Source: Octopus vulgaris
Lineage: Eukaryota
DNA length: 64,000 bases
NCBI GenBank assembly: GCA_951406725.2
Contig: OX597820.1
Span: 108,190,001 to 108,254,000, forward strand
Direction: 5' to 3'
Made by a program: the position numbers and the translations under genes
In this document: piece by piece, positions 13,365 to 28,113 of the stretch
Layout: each line of letters begins with the position of its first letter
Numbering within the stretch: the stretch's first letter is position 1
Notes under the pieces: model-generated
The model's input: the letters and a program-made list of their open reading frames with translations, nothing else
What the model was told of the DNA's origin: nothing
The model's database searches: none

Positions 13365-16125
13365 TGTCTTCTTAGTGTAGCTTCTTGAATTGCTTTGAGT
13401 TTTGCTGTTAGCTTTATATTGTGTGGTAACCATACTTGGGAGCAGTAGTTCAAGCAACTGAGGACAAAAGTTTTCCAAAGGACCATCAGTGTCTCCTTCT
13501 CTCTTGTTCTGAAAGTTCGGAGAATCCATCCAACTAGCCGTCTGCATTTTATCACCAAATTAGTAATATGCACTTGGAGAGAGGCATCATTGCTCATGTC
13601 AATGCCCAGGTCACACACTGATTTTGACTCAGAAATTACAATTCTTCCCAGGCCAGTGTATCCAGTCTGCATGTTGTTTACCTTGGTGTGCCGGTAGTGC
13701 AGAGCCTGGAACTTACCTGCACTAAACTGCATGTTGTTGTTGTCCTCAGCCCACCTGTAATTGTATCCAACTCCTGTTGCAGATGTGCAATATTTCCAGG
13801 GTTTTGTGTTGTGTGGGAGACTTTTGTTTCATCTGCATAGCTAGCAAGGGTGGCCATCTTAACAACTGAAGGCATGTCTGAAAGGGCCACTATGAACAGC
13901 AGTGGCCGCAAGACTGCCCTGTGGAACACCGCTTGTTATTTGTGTTTCCTTGGAGGTGGCTCCATTGGCCACAACTGTCTGCCTTCTATCTTTTGCGAAG
14001 TTGTGCAGCCACTCTCCATGCTTTCTGCTTATGCCGAGACCACGCAGTTTGTGACAGATCATACCGTGGTCGACATTATCAAAGGCTTTTGCAAAGTCGA
14101 GATATATTACATCCACAACACATTTAGTAGCTGTTTTAACACCCAGTCATAGTGTTGCAGGAGCTGTGTTAGGCAGCTTCTACCTGGTCGAAATCCATGC
14201 TGGGTGTCAGACTGCAAGTCATTTTACTCAAGGAACATGATTAGTTTCTTGCGGACTATTCGTTTCATGACTTTGCTGATGTGTGAGGTCAGAGAGATAG
14301 GCCTATAATTTTTAGCATCTGATCTGCTACCTCCCTTATGGATAAGGCATATTACCCCCTCTTTCAATTTGACTGGGAGCTTACCACTTGCAAGAAAGCT
14401 CTGAAAAAGAAGCTGTAGCAGTTTTGCAAGGGCTCGTTTGCACAATTTGAGAAGGATCGCTGGGAATCCATCAGGTCCAGCAGCTGAGTTTGTGTCAATC
14501 TCATCTATGGTTAGTGTGATATCATCATCTTCAATGTTGATGTACTCAATTTTTGCCTCTTTGGCTGCAGGTAAAGTGGCAAAGAATTCTTCTGGGTTGT
14601 TTACTTGCGTCTATGGGGGCTTTTGGTCCATACATAGACAGCTCTATTATGTTGTGATCCGAGATCATTGTCAGTATCACTTTAACATTATGGATAATAT
14701 CCATATTGTTTGTGAAGCAGAGATCCAGTATATTATCTGCCCTTGTTGGTTGCAGATCTATTTGCTCCATGAAAGAGGCATTTGTGAGATGGAGCAGGGA
14801 CTCTGCCTGTGCCTGCTGATGGTGTGTCATCCCTGAGAGCATCTGCCCCCCAAGCCATTCCACATTGGGGAAGTTAAAGTCACCCATGAAGCATACACTG
14901 TTGTGTTGTTCAAGGTTGGTGAGGACTTCTCCTATTTTTGTTAGTGATTTGGGGCATCTGGTGGGCGATATGTAGTGCATATGACGATATTCAGTTGTCT
15001 TATGTGTACAATTTGAGTGTCACACACTGAGTTTGAATATGACAACAGGACCTGGGGCGTGAGTTCATCTCGGATGTACATTGCAACTCCACCATGGCTC
15101 CTTCCTTTTCTATCTGAGCATATGACTGCATATTGCGGCATGTGTATTTCTGTATCCCCTATATCGGGTCCAAGATGCGTTTCTGTGAGTGCCATGCATA
15201 TAGCTTGATTGCATGTCACAAGGTCTCTCAGGAATGAGATTTTCCTTTTACAGTTTCTGCGCAGCAGCCCTCCTACGTTCAGTAGAAATATTTTTGTGGT
15301 GTGTGTGTTGGTGTCTGTGGTGGCCATCCTGCATCTGTTGGTGGTGGCCTTATGTGGTGGTAGTTCCAGCTTTGTGCTTGTAGCCAGGTCAGCTGCTGAA
15401 CAATTTTTTGTGCCATGCACAAAAAAGATTGCTGTTCAGCTGCTGCCCTTCTCAAATCTGGGTGAAGCTGGCCATTTGTTGTGTTACTGCGCACTACATC
15501 CTCATATCGTCTTTCAGGAGTGGTCAGTGCACTATTTTCCTTTTTCTTTATCTTTTTGTTCTAGCCAAGGGAGGGCTTCTGATGTGCAAAGCGACAGTTT
15601 GCACCTTCGACACCGTGCCATCAGTCCCCCTTCAGGTAGAATTTGCAGATGTTTCTGCCTTTGACCGTTTAGTTCTTGCTGGGGTTCTTTTGTTTTTTCT
15701 GAACAGTGTTTGTTTTAGTTTTAATTTTCTTGTCTTTTACCTCTTGTTTCCTATCAATTTTAGGGTGCTTTCCTTTTTTTGCGGCCATCGCACCTCTTTG
15801 GTCTTCAGTCGTGTTGGGAGCTGGACATGTGCCATCGTTTCCCTTTGTTCTAGGTTTCTCGGTTGTGTCTTTTGTTGGGTCCTGGATGTTTTCTTCATCC
15901 TTTTGGCCTTCCCTGGTGCAGTCACCTCCTAGGATGATGTCCAGAGTGTCCATGTGTTGCCTGATTAGAGTGTATGAACGGAGAAATTCTCGTTTCTTTT
16001 GCTCTATGTGGGCGGTGGTCCTCAAAAAACCATTGCTCTTTAGTGCCGCTGCAATGATATTGTTCGGCGAGTCACCTTTGGACGAACAATTGCAACTCCC
16101 TCGCAGACCAGTTTCCTAACATTTT
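13365..16125 (-). mobile_element. CR1-type LINE relic with ORF1-like region, APE endonuclease and RT; internally deleted, 3' end lost
   Basis: EN motifs LNVGGL, LTETHL, SDR..GGVAMY, GDFNFP, LDLCFTN, SDHNII; RT motifs NYRPISLTSHISKV, YLDFAKAFD, SGVPQG, SYADETK. Confidence 0.92.
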
Positions 16126-16475
16126 CGCCAGAGATACAGTGAGAGTGAAATATAGGAACAGAGAGAGAAGGAAAGATAAGATGGTTGACCTGAGAGGGAG
16201 AGGAGAAAGGAGAAAAGCTGGTGGCTGATGAGTGGGGGGGGGGGTAGAGAGAGAGAGAGAGAGAGAGACGAGGGGATTGTCCTGAGAGAAGAGAGAAAGA
16301 ATGGCAGGTCAGCAGGGGTAGAGGCGTGGTAGAGGGACAGGAAGGAAAAGAGAGACAAGGAGATGGACCTTAGGGGGAGCAGGGAGAAGAAAGGCGGAGA
16401 GATAAAATGGAGAGGGAGAGAGAGGGCGGGATAGAGGTACCAGAGAGTGAAGTAAAGGGACAGAGAGAGTGGTGT

Positions 16476-16483
16476 GATGTGTA

Positions 16484-16515
<32 letters not shown>

Positions 16516-16595
16516 AATGTATATGTATGTATATATATATATGTATATAAATGTATATGTATGTATATATATATGTATATAAATGTACATGTATG

Positions 16596-16626
<31 letters not shown>

Positions 16627-16631
16627 GTATG

Positions 16632-16664
<33 letters not shown>

Positions 16665-16855
16665 GTATATATATGTATATATATATGTATATATATGTAT
16701 ATATATATATATATGTATATATATGTATATAAATGTATATGTATGTATATATATATGTATATGTATGTATATATATATGTATATGTATGTATATATATGT
16801 ATATGTATGTATATATATATGTATATAAATGTATATGTATGTATATATATATGTG

Positions 16856-16890
<35 letters not shown>
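16476..16890. repeat. (TA)n/(TATG)n microsatellite
   Basis: Seen directly. Confidence 0.97.
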
Positions 16891-16892
<2 letters not shown>

Positions 16893-17287
16893 GAAATATT
16901 AAAATTACTAAGTCTCTATAAAAGAGATTACGGCAGCATTACTGGACATTAATTGTTATCGCCATATTAATATGGCATTCTTATAGATATAAGAATAAAT
17001 GCTGCCGCTGATTAGCTCCATGAGGCCACCGCCTTAAGATAGCTATTGATACACAATCTGTATCCATTATAACCTTCGAACAAGGGAGGTCAGCCGCTTC
17101 ACACTGCCAGTCCGACAGCTACAGACGCGTTTCAGGGTATTTGCCCCTTGTCAATGTAGCGTAGTCAGACCTAGCAGGTGTTGCCACTGACGTCTCTGTT
17201 CGAAGGTTTCTATTTACCTAGTTTCAGTGGAATACATCCACTTGTTTTCAATAATAGAAATATTAAAATTACTAAGTCTCTATAAAT
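16886..17287 (-). mobile_element. Penelope-type pseudo-LTR with partial tandem repeat
   Basis: ATAATAGAAATATTAAAATTACTAAGTCTCTATAAA occurs at both ends; internal hammerhead motif; TA-rich flanks. Confidence 0.65.
17118..17160 (-). ncRNA. Minimal type-I hammerhead ribozyme motif, U3-A8 variant
   Basis: Minus strand: gctaca TTGACAA gggg caaata ccct GAA acgcgt c tgtagc. 6-bp helix I, helix II, palindromic helix III, GUC cleavage triplet. Confidence 0.7.
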
Positions 17288-17333
17288 GTATAGGTATATA
17301 TACGTATATAAATGTATATATATATATGTATAT

Positions 17334-17372
<39 letters not shown>

Positions 17373-17375
17373 CGT

Positions 17376-18078
17376 ACATACAAAATTTAGAGGAATGACC
17401 ACTAATAGTGGACAGCCTGTATGCTAGATATAAACGTTAAATTTGCTATTTACCACGAAGAATGTGTTGTCAAGAAAAAATTCAGCAAAAACCAAAGTTT
17501 AAAAATAAGACAAATGAAAATATACGAAAATAGAAAACGATTACCTACGTACTAATTAGTTTCACTTGTTAGTATTCACATATATGTAAACATCTGCAAG
17601 ATCGTCAGCGTAGTCTGTCGTTTATGAAATACAATTTCCAGAACTAGATACAGGGCGCTCGACCGAAATCCGGCATGTATAAAGCTCCACAAATTATATT
17701 TATGTGTATTTTTCAAATACCTTCACTTTGGTGTGCTGAGATCGGAAATTATTCTGCAGTTAATAAACTACAGCAGTTAATTTACCGGCTAGAGAACATT
17801 TTTTTTTTATTTATTTAAAATTATATAAGGGTAGAAATTGCTATTAATCAAATTAAAACCAGTGGCCTAGCATATTTTTAAAAAATCCGAAGATTAAAAA
17901 TTTTATACATACGAAATTTAGAGGAATGACCACTAATAGTGGACAGCCTGTATACTACATATAAACGTCAAACTCGCCATTTACCATGGAGAATGTGTTC
18001 TCTAGAAAAAATTCAGAAAATTTGTTTTCATATATTTTCATTTGTCTTACTTTTAAACTTTGGTTTTTGCTGAATTTT
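17376..18078 (-). mobile_element. Penelope-type pseudo-LTR: 1.2 tandem copies plus an inverted fragment
   Basis: 17376-17488 is repeated at about 17908-18017. 18030-18078 is the reverse complement of about 17477-17525. Contains a hammerhead motif. Confidence 0.7.
17545..17613 (-). ncRNA. Type-I hammerhead ribozyme motif
   Basis: Minus strand: ctacg CTGACGA t-cttg...caag-t GAA actaattagt a cgtag. Palindromic helix III, GUA triplet; the first helix II position is unpaired. Confidence 0.72.
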
Positions 18079-18677
18079 CACATACTTTAACCCTTCATCT
18101 CCCAACATAAAGATGCCTTCCTCCCTACTGTATCCCCACCCTGTCAAGGAAATTTTAGGTTTACAAGATGCATGACAACCTCCGAACAGCTGGTGCCATA
18201 AAAATGCACCCAGTGCATTCTGTAAAGCAGCTGGCATTAGAAAAAGCATCTAGTCATAGAAGTTATACCAAAGCTGACATTGGAGCATGATGCATCCCAT
18301 GGAGCCATCATGTATGTTGTCAAACTGTTTTGCTTGTACCAGCATGGAATATGAATTTTAAATGGGCAATAACACACATGCGCACGCGCACACAGTCTTC
18401 TTACAGTTTCTGTCTACACATATCAAGGTGTGAGGCATGCACAGGTCTCATAGCATAGTGAAAGTGCAAAATATTTTCTGTACTTTTGTGATTTGAAACA
18501 AGTAGCTTTTGCTCTTTTGTTGAGTAATTTTCATTTATTTCTGAGTCAGTAATATTTTTACTTCTGTATATCCTAGTGTATAGAGTGCTGTTAGTTTTGA
18601 TGTGTGTGTACTTGGGGTGTATGTATATACATGCATACATACATATATATATCTCATGGTGTATATCTTGAAATCAG

Positions 18678-18862
18678 GTTAAGAAATTAGAAGAAGATAT
18701 CGATCCATTGCTGTTAAATTTGCGAGAATTAACTTACCAGAAAGAAAACTTGGCAACTGAGAAAAATAACCTGAGTGGAGAAGTTGAGAGATGGAAAGCT
18801 CGAACGAATCGACTTATTGAGCAATGTAACAAGTCTGATCCTGAAGAACACCGCAAGATTGT
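18678..18862 (+). CDS. TPR: TPR internal exon (VKKLEEDIDPLLLNLRELTYQKENLATEKNNLSGEVERWKARTNRLIEQCNKSDPEEHRKIV)
   Basis: atcag|GTT...GT|gtaagt, 185 nt, phase 0-2. Resembles TPR VRKLELDILPL...EDVKRWKARNQHL...DPDTEEYRKL. Confidence 0.93.
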
Positions 18863-19003
18863 GTAAGTATTAGTGTAAATATTATATTGAGCCAACACAG
18901 ATTTCTTTGTCTTTCACTCTTTCTGTCCTTCTCTCCCTCCCTCTCTCTCTCTCTCACTCTCTCTCTCTCTCTCTCTTCTCAACTTGTTCATTGTCTTCTT
19001 TTC

Positions 19004-19107
19004 ACCCACTTTCTTGTTGGCTCTAGTCCTTTTTTTATCACCTAACAATTAACATTACTTTGATTGTTAAGTGATAAAAAAGGACTAGAGCCAACAAGAA
19101 AGTGGGT
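19004..19107. repeat. Inverted repeat with ~45-bp arms, in a short TPR intron
   Basis: ACCCACTTTCTTGTTGGCTCTAGTCCTTTTTT... pairs with ...AAAAAAGGACTAGAGCCAACAAGAAAGTGGGT. Confidence 0.92.
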
Positions 19108-19347
19108 ATAACTGAAGTGTTTTCACAATTTTTTAACTGTTTCTTGTAAATCATAAAGCCTGTCCTTTGTATAAAAACAAAGAAAAATCACATTTCCTTG
19201 AATGAATGAAAAGAAAATAGTATGAATGTTGTTTTTGGCAATCAATTGATATGTAGAATAACACAAGGGATTGGCTGTAACATATGTAAATGAATAATGA
19301 AAATGAAATGTAAATGCAAATAAAAATCTTTCTGTTTTTGACTTTAG

Positions 19348-19410
19348 ACAAGAGCGTGAGGATTTGAAGAAGCAGATGATGGTTCTTAATGAAGAAAACA
19401 TGAAGAAGAA
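19348..19410 (+). CDS. TPR: TPR small exon (QEREDLKKQMMVLNEENMKKK)
   Basis: ctttag|A CAA...AA|gtaagt, 63 nt, phase 2-2, in frame. Confidence 0.88.
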
Positions 19411-20610
19411 GTAAGTGGAAATGATCCAGGGGATAAAATTCATGTGTAACAAATCTGAGTTACTTTGAAGTATTACAAAGTGCTGGCATTTTAAGTTTCA
19501 AAGTTTTCAAGATGCTAAATGTTTGATGGTTTCTTACTAGACACCAGAGAAGATTTGAGTGAAGCATTGCTAGCTAATTATTTTCTGTAGTTCCTATATA
19601 CAGTTAGGTAGATTAGATCAAAAAGAATTTTAATATTGCTGCCTTAAACATGGTGCCACAATAGCACTCTCATTTATTTAATAGGCTGATAAGTAATTCT
19701 GCTCTAAACTGGCATTTTTAACAAACATCAGCACCTCATGATGGAGTTCACCCTGTTACAAGTATTCTAATCGGACTCTCATTTCTCTCCTGCCCCACTT
19801 TTCCCTTCAGTTATTCAACATGTGCTTACAATGATGATGAGTACTACCCTATCCCATCAAACAAACTCATTACGAAACAAAATCTGATTTGCCCTCATGG
19901 AAATATCATCATCATCATCGTTTAACATCCAGCTGATCAAAAATAATAGCAAAGAAATAAAGGTGGTTTGACATGAAAAGACTCCAAACTGATATAAATT
20001 CAGCTGACATACTTCGCTTTAAATAACGTCACATGACTCATTGTAAGAGTGAGTGAATTTTCTTGATTTTGGTGGATGTTTTGTTAGCTGGCCTCAGCTT
20101 TCAAATACTTGGTAAATGAGAGGCTATATGACACGTAGATGTGGTATGGCTGAGTGGTTAAGAAGTTCACTTTGTAACCACAATGTCTTGGATTTAATCC
20201 TGCTTATTGACATGTTAGGGAAATGTCATTTTCTATAGCTGCAGGTCAACCCATACTTTGTGAGTGAAATTGGGTAAACTGAAACCGTGTAGAAGTTCAT
20301 TGGCCAGGTGTAATTCAAAAGGTACAGTCCTGCTGATTTTGCTTAAGAATTAGGGTAAAGGTGCATGTAGCTGTGCATTTGTCAGCATTTACACTCAGGA
20401 GCAGGTGATTAATTTGATCAAACAACGGGATCCTTATTGTCTAACAAGAGAGATCTACCACCACCAAATAACATACTTGAGAAAGTAGCTGAAGCTATTT
20501 TCCAGCTAAGTTAGATGAACTATATTTTTTTTGCTCTATCCATTGCTTAGTTTAATTTGACAAATTTTACAGTTCTACATGTTTTTTACCTACTATTTTA
20601 TATTTTATAG

Positions 20611-20643
20611 AGCTGAACTTTCCCGGCTTAATGCAAGTATGAT
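20611..20643 (+). CDS. TPR: TPR micro-exon (AELSRLNASM)
   Basis: ttttatag|A GCT...AT|gtaagt, 33 nt, phase 2-2. Resembles TPR KAEIARSNASL. Confidence 0.82.
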
Positions 20644-20684
20644 GTAAGTTGTCAGAGCTTAATGAATTTCTTTTGATTATTATA

Positions 20685-21233
20685 ATGGGTTGTCTGGAAA
20701 GTTCGTGCTGATTTATAGTAGCTTACCTTTCAACTTATTTTAGTCCATAAAATAGGATTTGACTACACCTCCATTTAAAGCACAGTTTAAGCTATCTTTT
20801 CGTGAAAGAAGGTTTATGTTCCTATAACCTGTGTTAATTCTGTAACCCTTTAAAATGAAAGATTAGAAAGTTCATTTTTAGCACTTGATGCTTTGGGAGC
20901 CAGACAAAAATTGCTGCAGCTAGGCTGGGATGTGTTACCCCACCCTCCATATTCACCAGATGTTGCTCCCTCGGATTTCCACTTATTCAGGTCTCTGCAG
21001 AATAGTCTTAATAGTAAAAATTTCAATTCCTTGGATGACGTAAAAAGATACCTTGATGAATTCTTTGCCATGAAACCACTGCAATTCTGGAAAGAGGGTA
21101 TTTTCAAGTTAAAGTTGGAGACACATTGTGCAACAAAATGGTTCATATTTGGTTGATTAAAAATGTAATGGCAAGTATTTATTGACCTTTTTCTTTCCTT
21201 TAAAAATCGGCACATACTTTCTGGACAACCCAA
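20685..21233 (+). mobile_element. Internally deleted mariner (Tc1/mariner) element
   Basis: Imperfect TIRs (ATGGGTTGTCTGGAAAGTTCGTGCTGATTT / AAATCGGCACATACTTTCTGGACAACCCAA) flanked by TA; transposase C-terminus LPHPPYSPDVAPSDFHLFRSL (20893-21156). Confidence 0.92.
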
Positions 21234-21732
21234 TATTTAATGAAGTGTTGTGTTGTTACTTCTGGCAGTTACTGTACAATATAAACCATTAAGGAAAGCT
21301 CCATTATTCATCATTCATTTAAGATAAAGAAATCATATTTGTTAGTATTTGTTGCTACTGCTTTTCATATTATTATTAATAATATCAGTGATTAACATAA
21401 TAGTGTTCAATCTAAGCTTTTGGTTCCTGGTTGTAGCCATTACCTTTTAAATCTCTTTTGAAAATACATAAATATTGTTGCAATTAGGGAAATGTCTAAT
21501 TTCAATGATAGAATATTCCAAAGGAATTTTTCTGAATTTGTCAGATTCATATAAAATAACTTTTGTTTTGTTGCATTTGCAGAAAAATGTTAGATTCATA
21601 AACAAGAGTATTTAAATTGTGATGTTGAAGCATTTTTTTCAAATCTTTCAACAATTTAAATGAAATTCAGAATTTATAGATAAATTACTGTAATTTTTAA
21701 AAAAATAATTTTCTAATTTTCCTCTTGTTTAG

Positions 21733-21774
21733 GCGAGATCTAAATGCTGCTAAAGTAGAAGTTGGAAAGAAAGA
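21733..21774 (+). CDS. TPR: TPR micro-exon (RDLNAAKVEVGKK)
   Basis: cttgtttag|G CGA...GA|gtaagt, 42 nt, phase 2-2, in frame. Resembles TPR KEDLNKVRTE. Confidence 0.78.
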
Positions 21775-21856
21775 GTAAGTTTAATAAATATTTTTTTTTT
21801 TCCATTTAGTTCCCATTCATTTGAGAAAAACATTTGAAATAGTTTAGGCATATATG

Positions 21857-22662
<806 letters not shown>

Positions 22663-22815
22663 TATGTGAAATAGAAAGATGAATAATCTTGTAGTAGATT
22701 AATCAAAAGTTTAACCGATACCTTAGTAGCAAAAATCACAGCAGTAAAACAGCACGGTTGGAGGTACAACCATATGGTGTTGCAACCGTGCGTTGGTGCG
22801 GATAATTGAAATTAG

Positions 22816-23313
22816 AACATTATTGGTGAATTGAAGAAATGGAGCTGAACGCAGATTGAACAGAAATCGTTTTATTTCATTCTACACGTGTTTCGAAAGG
22901 CACAAATTACCAAAATCCGATGAAATAATGGGACCATATTGTGTCTTTCTCTTCAGGAAGAAAATAGGAAATCCGTTGGAAAAACAAAAACAGAACAGAG
23001 GCGGAGCAAAAACAAATCGAACTATGCTCCTAAGAGCCCATGGCGAAACTGTTTATCAGTGTATGTTCACTGATAAACAGTTTCGCCATGGGCTCTTAGG
23101 AGCATAGTTCGATTTGTTTTTGCTCCGCCTCTGTTCTGTTTTTGTTTTTCCAACGGATTTCCTATTTTCTTCCTGAAGAGAAAGACACAATATGGTCCCA
23201 TTATTCCATCGGATTTTGGTAATTTGTGCCTTTCGAAACACGTGTAGAATGAAATAAAACGATTTCTGTTCAATCTGCGTTCAGCTCCATTTCTTCAATT
23301 CACCAATAATGTT
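22816..23313. repeat. Near-perfect palindrome, 246-bp arms with a 6-nt spacer; inverted Penelope-type pLTR pair
   Basis: 22816-23061 is the reverse complement of 23068-23313, with one mismatch seen. Confidence 0.95.
23163..23256 (+). ncRNA. Type-I hammerhead ribozyme motif (mirror copy at 22873-22966 on the minus strand)
   Basis: ttc CTGAAGA gaaag...ctttc GAA acacgtgt a gaa. Canonical core, 5-bp helix II opening with G-C, palindromic helix III, GUA triplet. Confidence 0.8.
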
Positions 23314-23324
23314 ATATATATATG

Positions 23325-23379
<55 letters not shown>

Positions 23380-23394
23380 GTATATATATATATG

Positions 23395-23445
<51 letters not shown>

Positions 23446-24041
23446 GTATATATATATGTATATAGATATATATGTATATATATATGTATATATATATATA
23501 TATCAGAATTTTAATTGATTTGCTTTTCGCAGGAAGGAAGTTTCTTCGAAGTATACGTCTCGCTTTTATCCTTCGAAACGTAGAGTAGATGAAACCATAG
23601 CGACTGAAGAAGGGGATTTTTCGTTGTGCTTATTGTCCTGTATCTCTTTTTTTCTTTTTTGCTTGTCCTGTTCCTTGGTTTGTGTCTATGTTTTTCGTCT
23701 CTCTATGTGTTCGACGTCTTTTTGGTGTCCTGTACACATATATGCGTGTATATGTACATGTAGAGGTAGGTACGTACATATATGTTTATATATATGTATA
23801 TGTTCTATTTTATTAACATATTATACGACTAAACACACGCACCCTATTAAGTAAGATTGTTCTGTTTATCAAGTTAGCCTTGATATTAACTCTCACGCGA
23901 CTCTGCATCTTTCTTTCTCTCCCATTCCCTTTTTCGTCCTTTTTCCCTCACTTAACTTGTCTCTTCCTCTCTCTCTATATGTACATGTAGAGGTAGGTAC
24001 GTACATATATGTTTATATATATGCATATGTTCTATTTTATT

Positions 24042-27131
<3,090 letters not shown>

Positions 27132-27510
27132 TCATCATCATCATCATCATCGTTTAACGTCCGCTTTCCGCGCTAGCACGGGTTGGACGGTTTGACCGGG
27201 TCTGGGAAGCCAGGGGCCGCACCAGGCTCCAGTCTGAATCTGGCAGAGTTTCTACGGCTGGATGCCCTTCCTAACGCCAACCACTCCGTGAGTGGATTGG
27301 GTGCTTTTTACGTGCCACCTGCACAGGGGCCGGAGGGTCCGGCATCGTCACTACCGGTTCGAGCATTTTAACGTGTCAGCGGCACGGGGGCAACGAGGTC
27401 CGGGGTACTTTGGGGATCCAGGGTACTTTGGGGATCTGGGGTACTTAGAATGATAGGGGGTATGTGGAATTGCTGCAGAAAGCAGCCCAGGTCTTTGTAG
27501 TCACAGCATT
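27132..27510 (-). mobile_element. RTE 3' end: ORF tail, 3' UTR and (GAT)n
   Basis: Reverse complement of 40630-41026; (CAT)n-CGTTTAACGTCCGCTTTCC. Confidence 0.9.
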
Positions 27511-27956
27511 TATCGTCACTGAGTAAGGAAGGGTTGGTGTAGGTTCCTAAGAAATAAAGACATTCGTTATCGTCACTGAGTAACGTTATTAGGTAGAGGA
27601 AAGAATACAGATATTCTAGAGTTGAGTTGGGGAGGGGGGGGTCCAGTTGAGGTGGGTAATATAGGGGAGCAACCAGTGGGGAAGGTTGGGGTAAGGAAGA
27701 ACGATGGCAGGAAGGGTTGGTGTAGGTTCCTAAGAAATAAAAACGTAGGATATTACGAGGCGGGAGGGTGCTAAAGGGGATAGTCGGAATGAAGCAGTGT
27801 CCGGAGGAAGCGTAAGATCGGTGGGCAGTTGATGAGCTATGGCGCTAGCAGCTTGTCTTTTCACAGTGAAAGCATATGAGGAGAAGGGGTAGTGGGGGGA
27901 GGAGGAGGGAGTAGGGCTTACCCGGTGTAGATGAGTAAGGCGTATCCGGTGTAGAT

Positions 27957-28100
27957 GGTGAGGACAGGGTATACTGGTATTGGTGGTGGGGGTGAGGAAC
28001 AGTGTTCACCAGTATTGGTGGTGTTGGCGGTGAGAACAGTGTTCACCGGTATTGGTGGTGGGGGTGAGAACAGTGTTCATCGGTATTGGTGGTGGGGGTG
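27957..28100. repeat. Minisatellite, about 4 copies of 34-38 bp
   Basis: Unit GGTGAGAACAGTGTTCACCGGTATTGGTGGTGGG. Confidence 0.85.
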
Positions 28101-28113
28101 GGGGGGCGGGCGC

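Noticed and set aside
23530-23620. Possible further hammerhead (TCCTTCGAAACGTA...CTGAAGAAGGGGAT)
   Set aside because: The core halves are in permuted order and I could not build a convincing helix I. It may be a truncated pLTR, since a direct repeat occurs at about 23749-23822 and 23977-24048.
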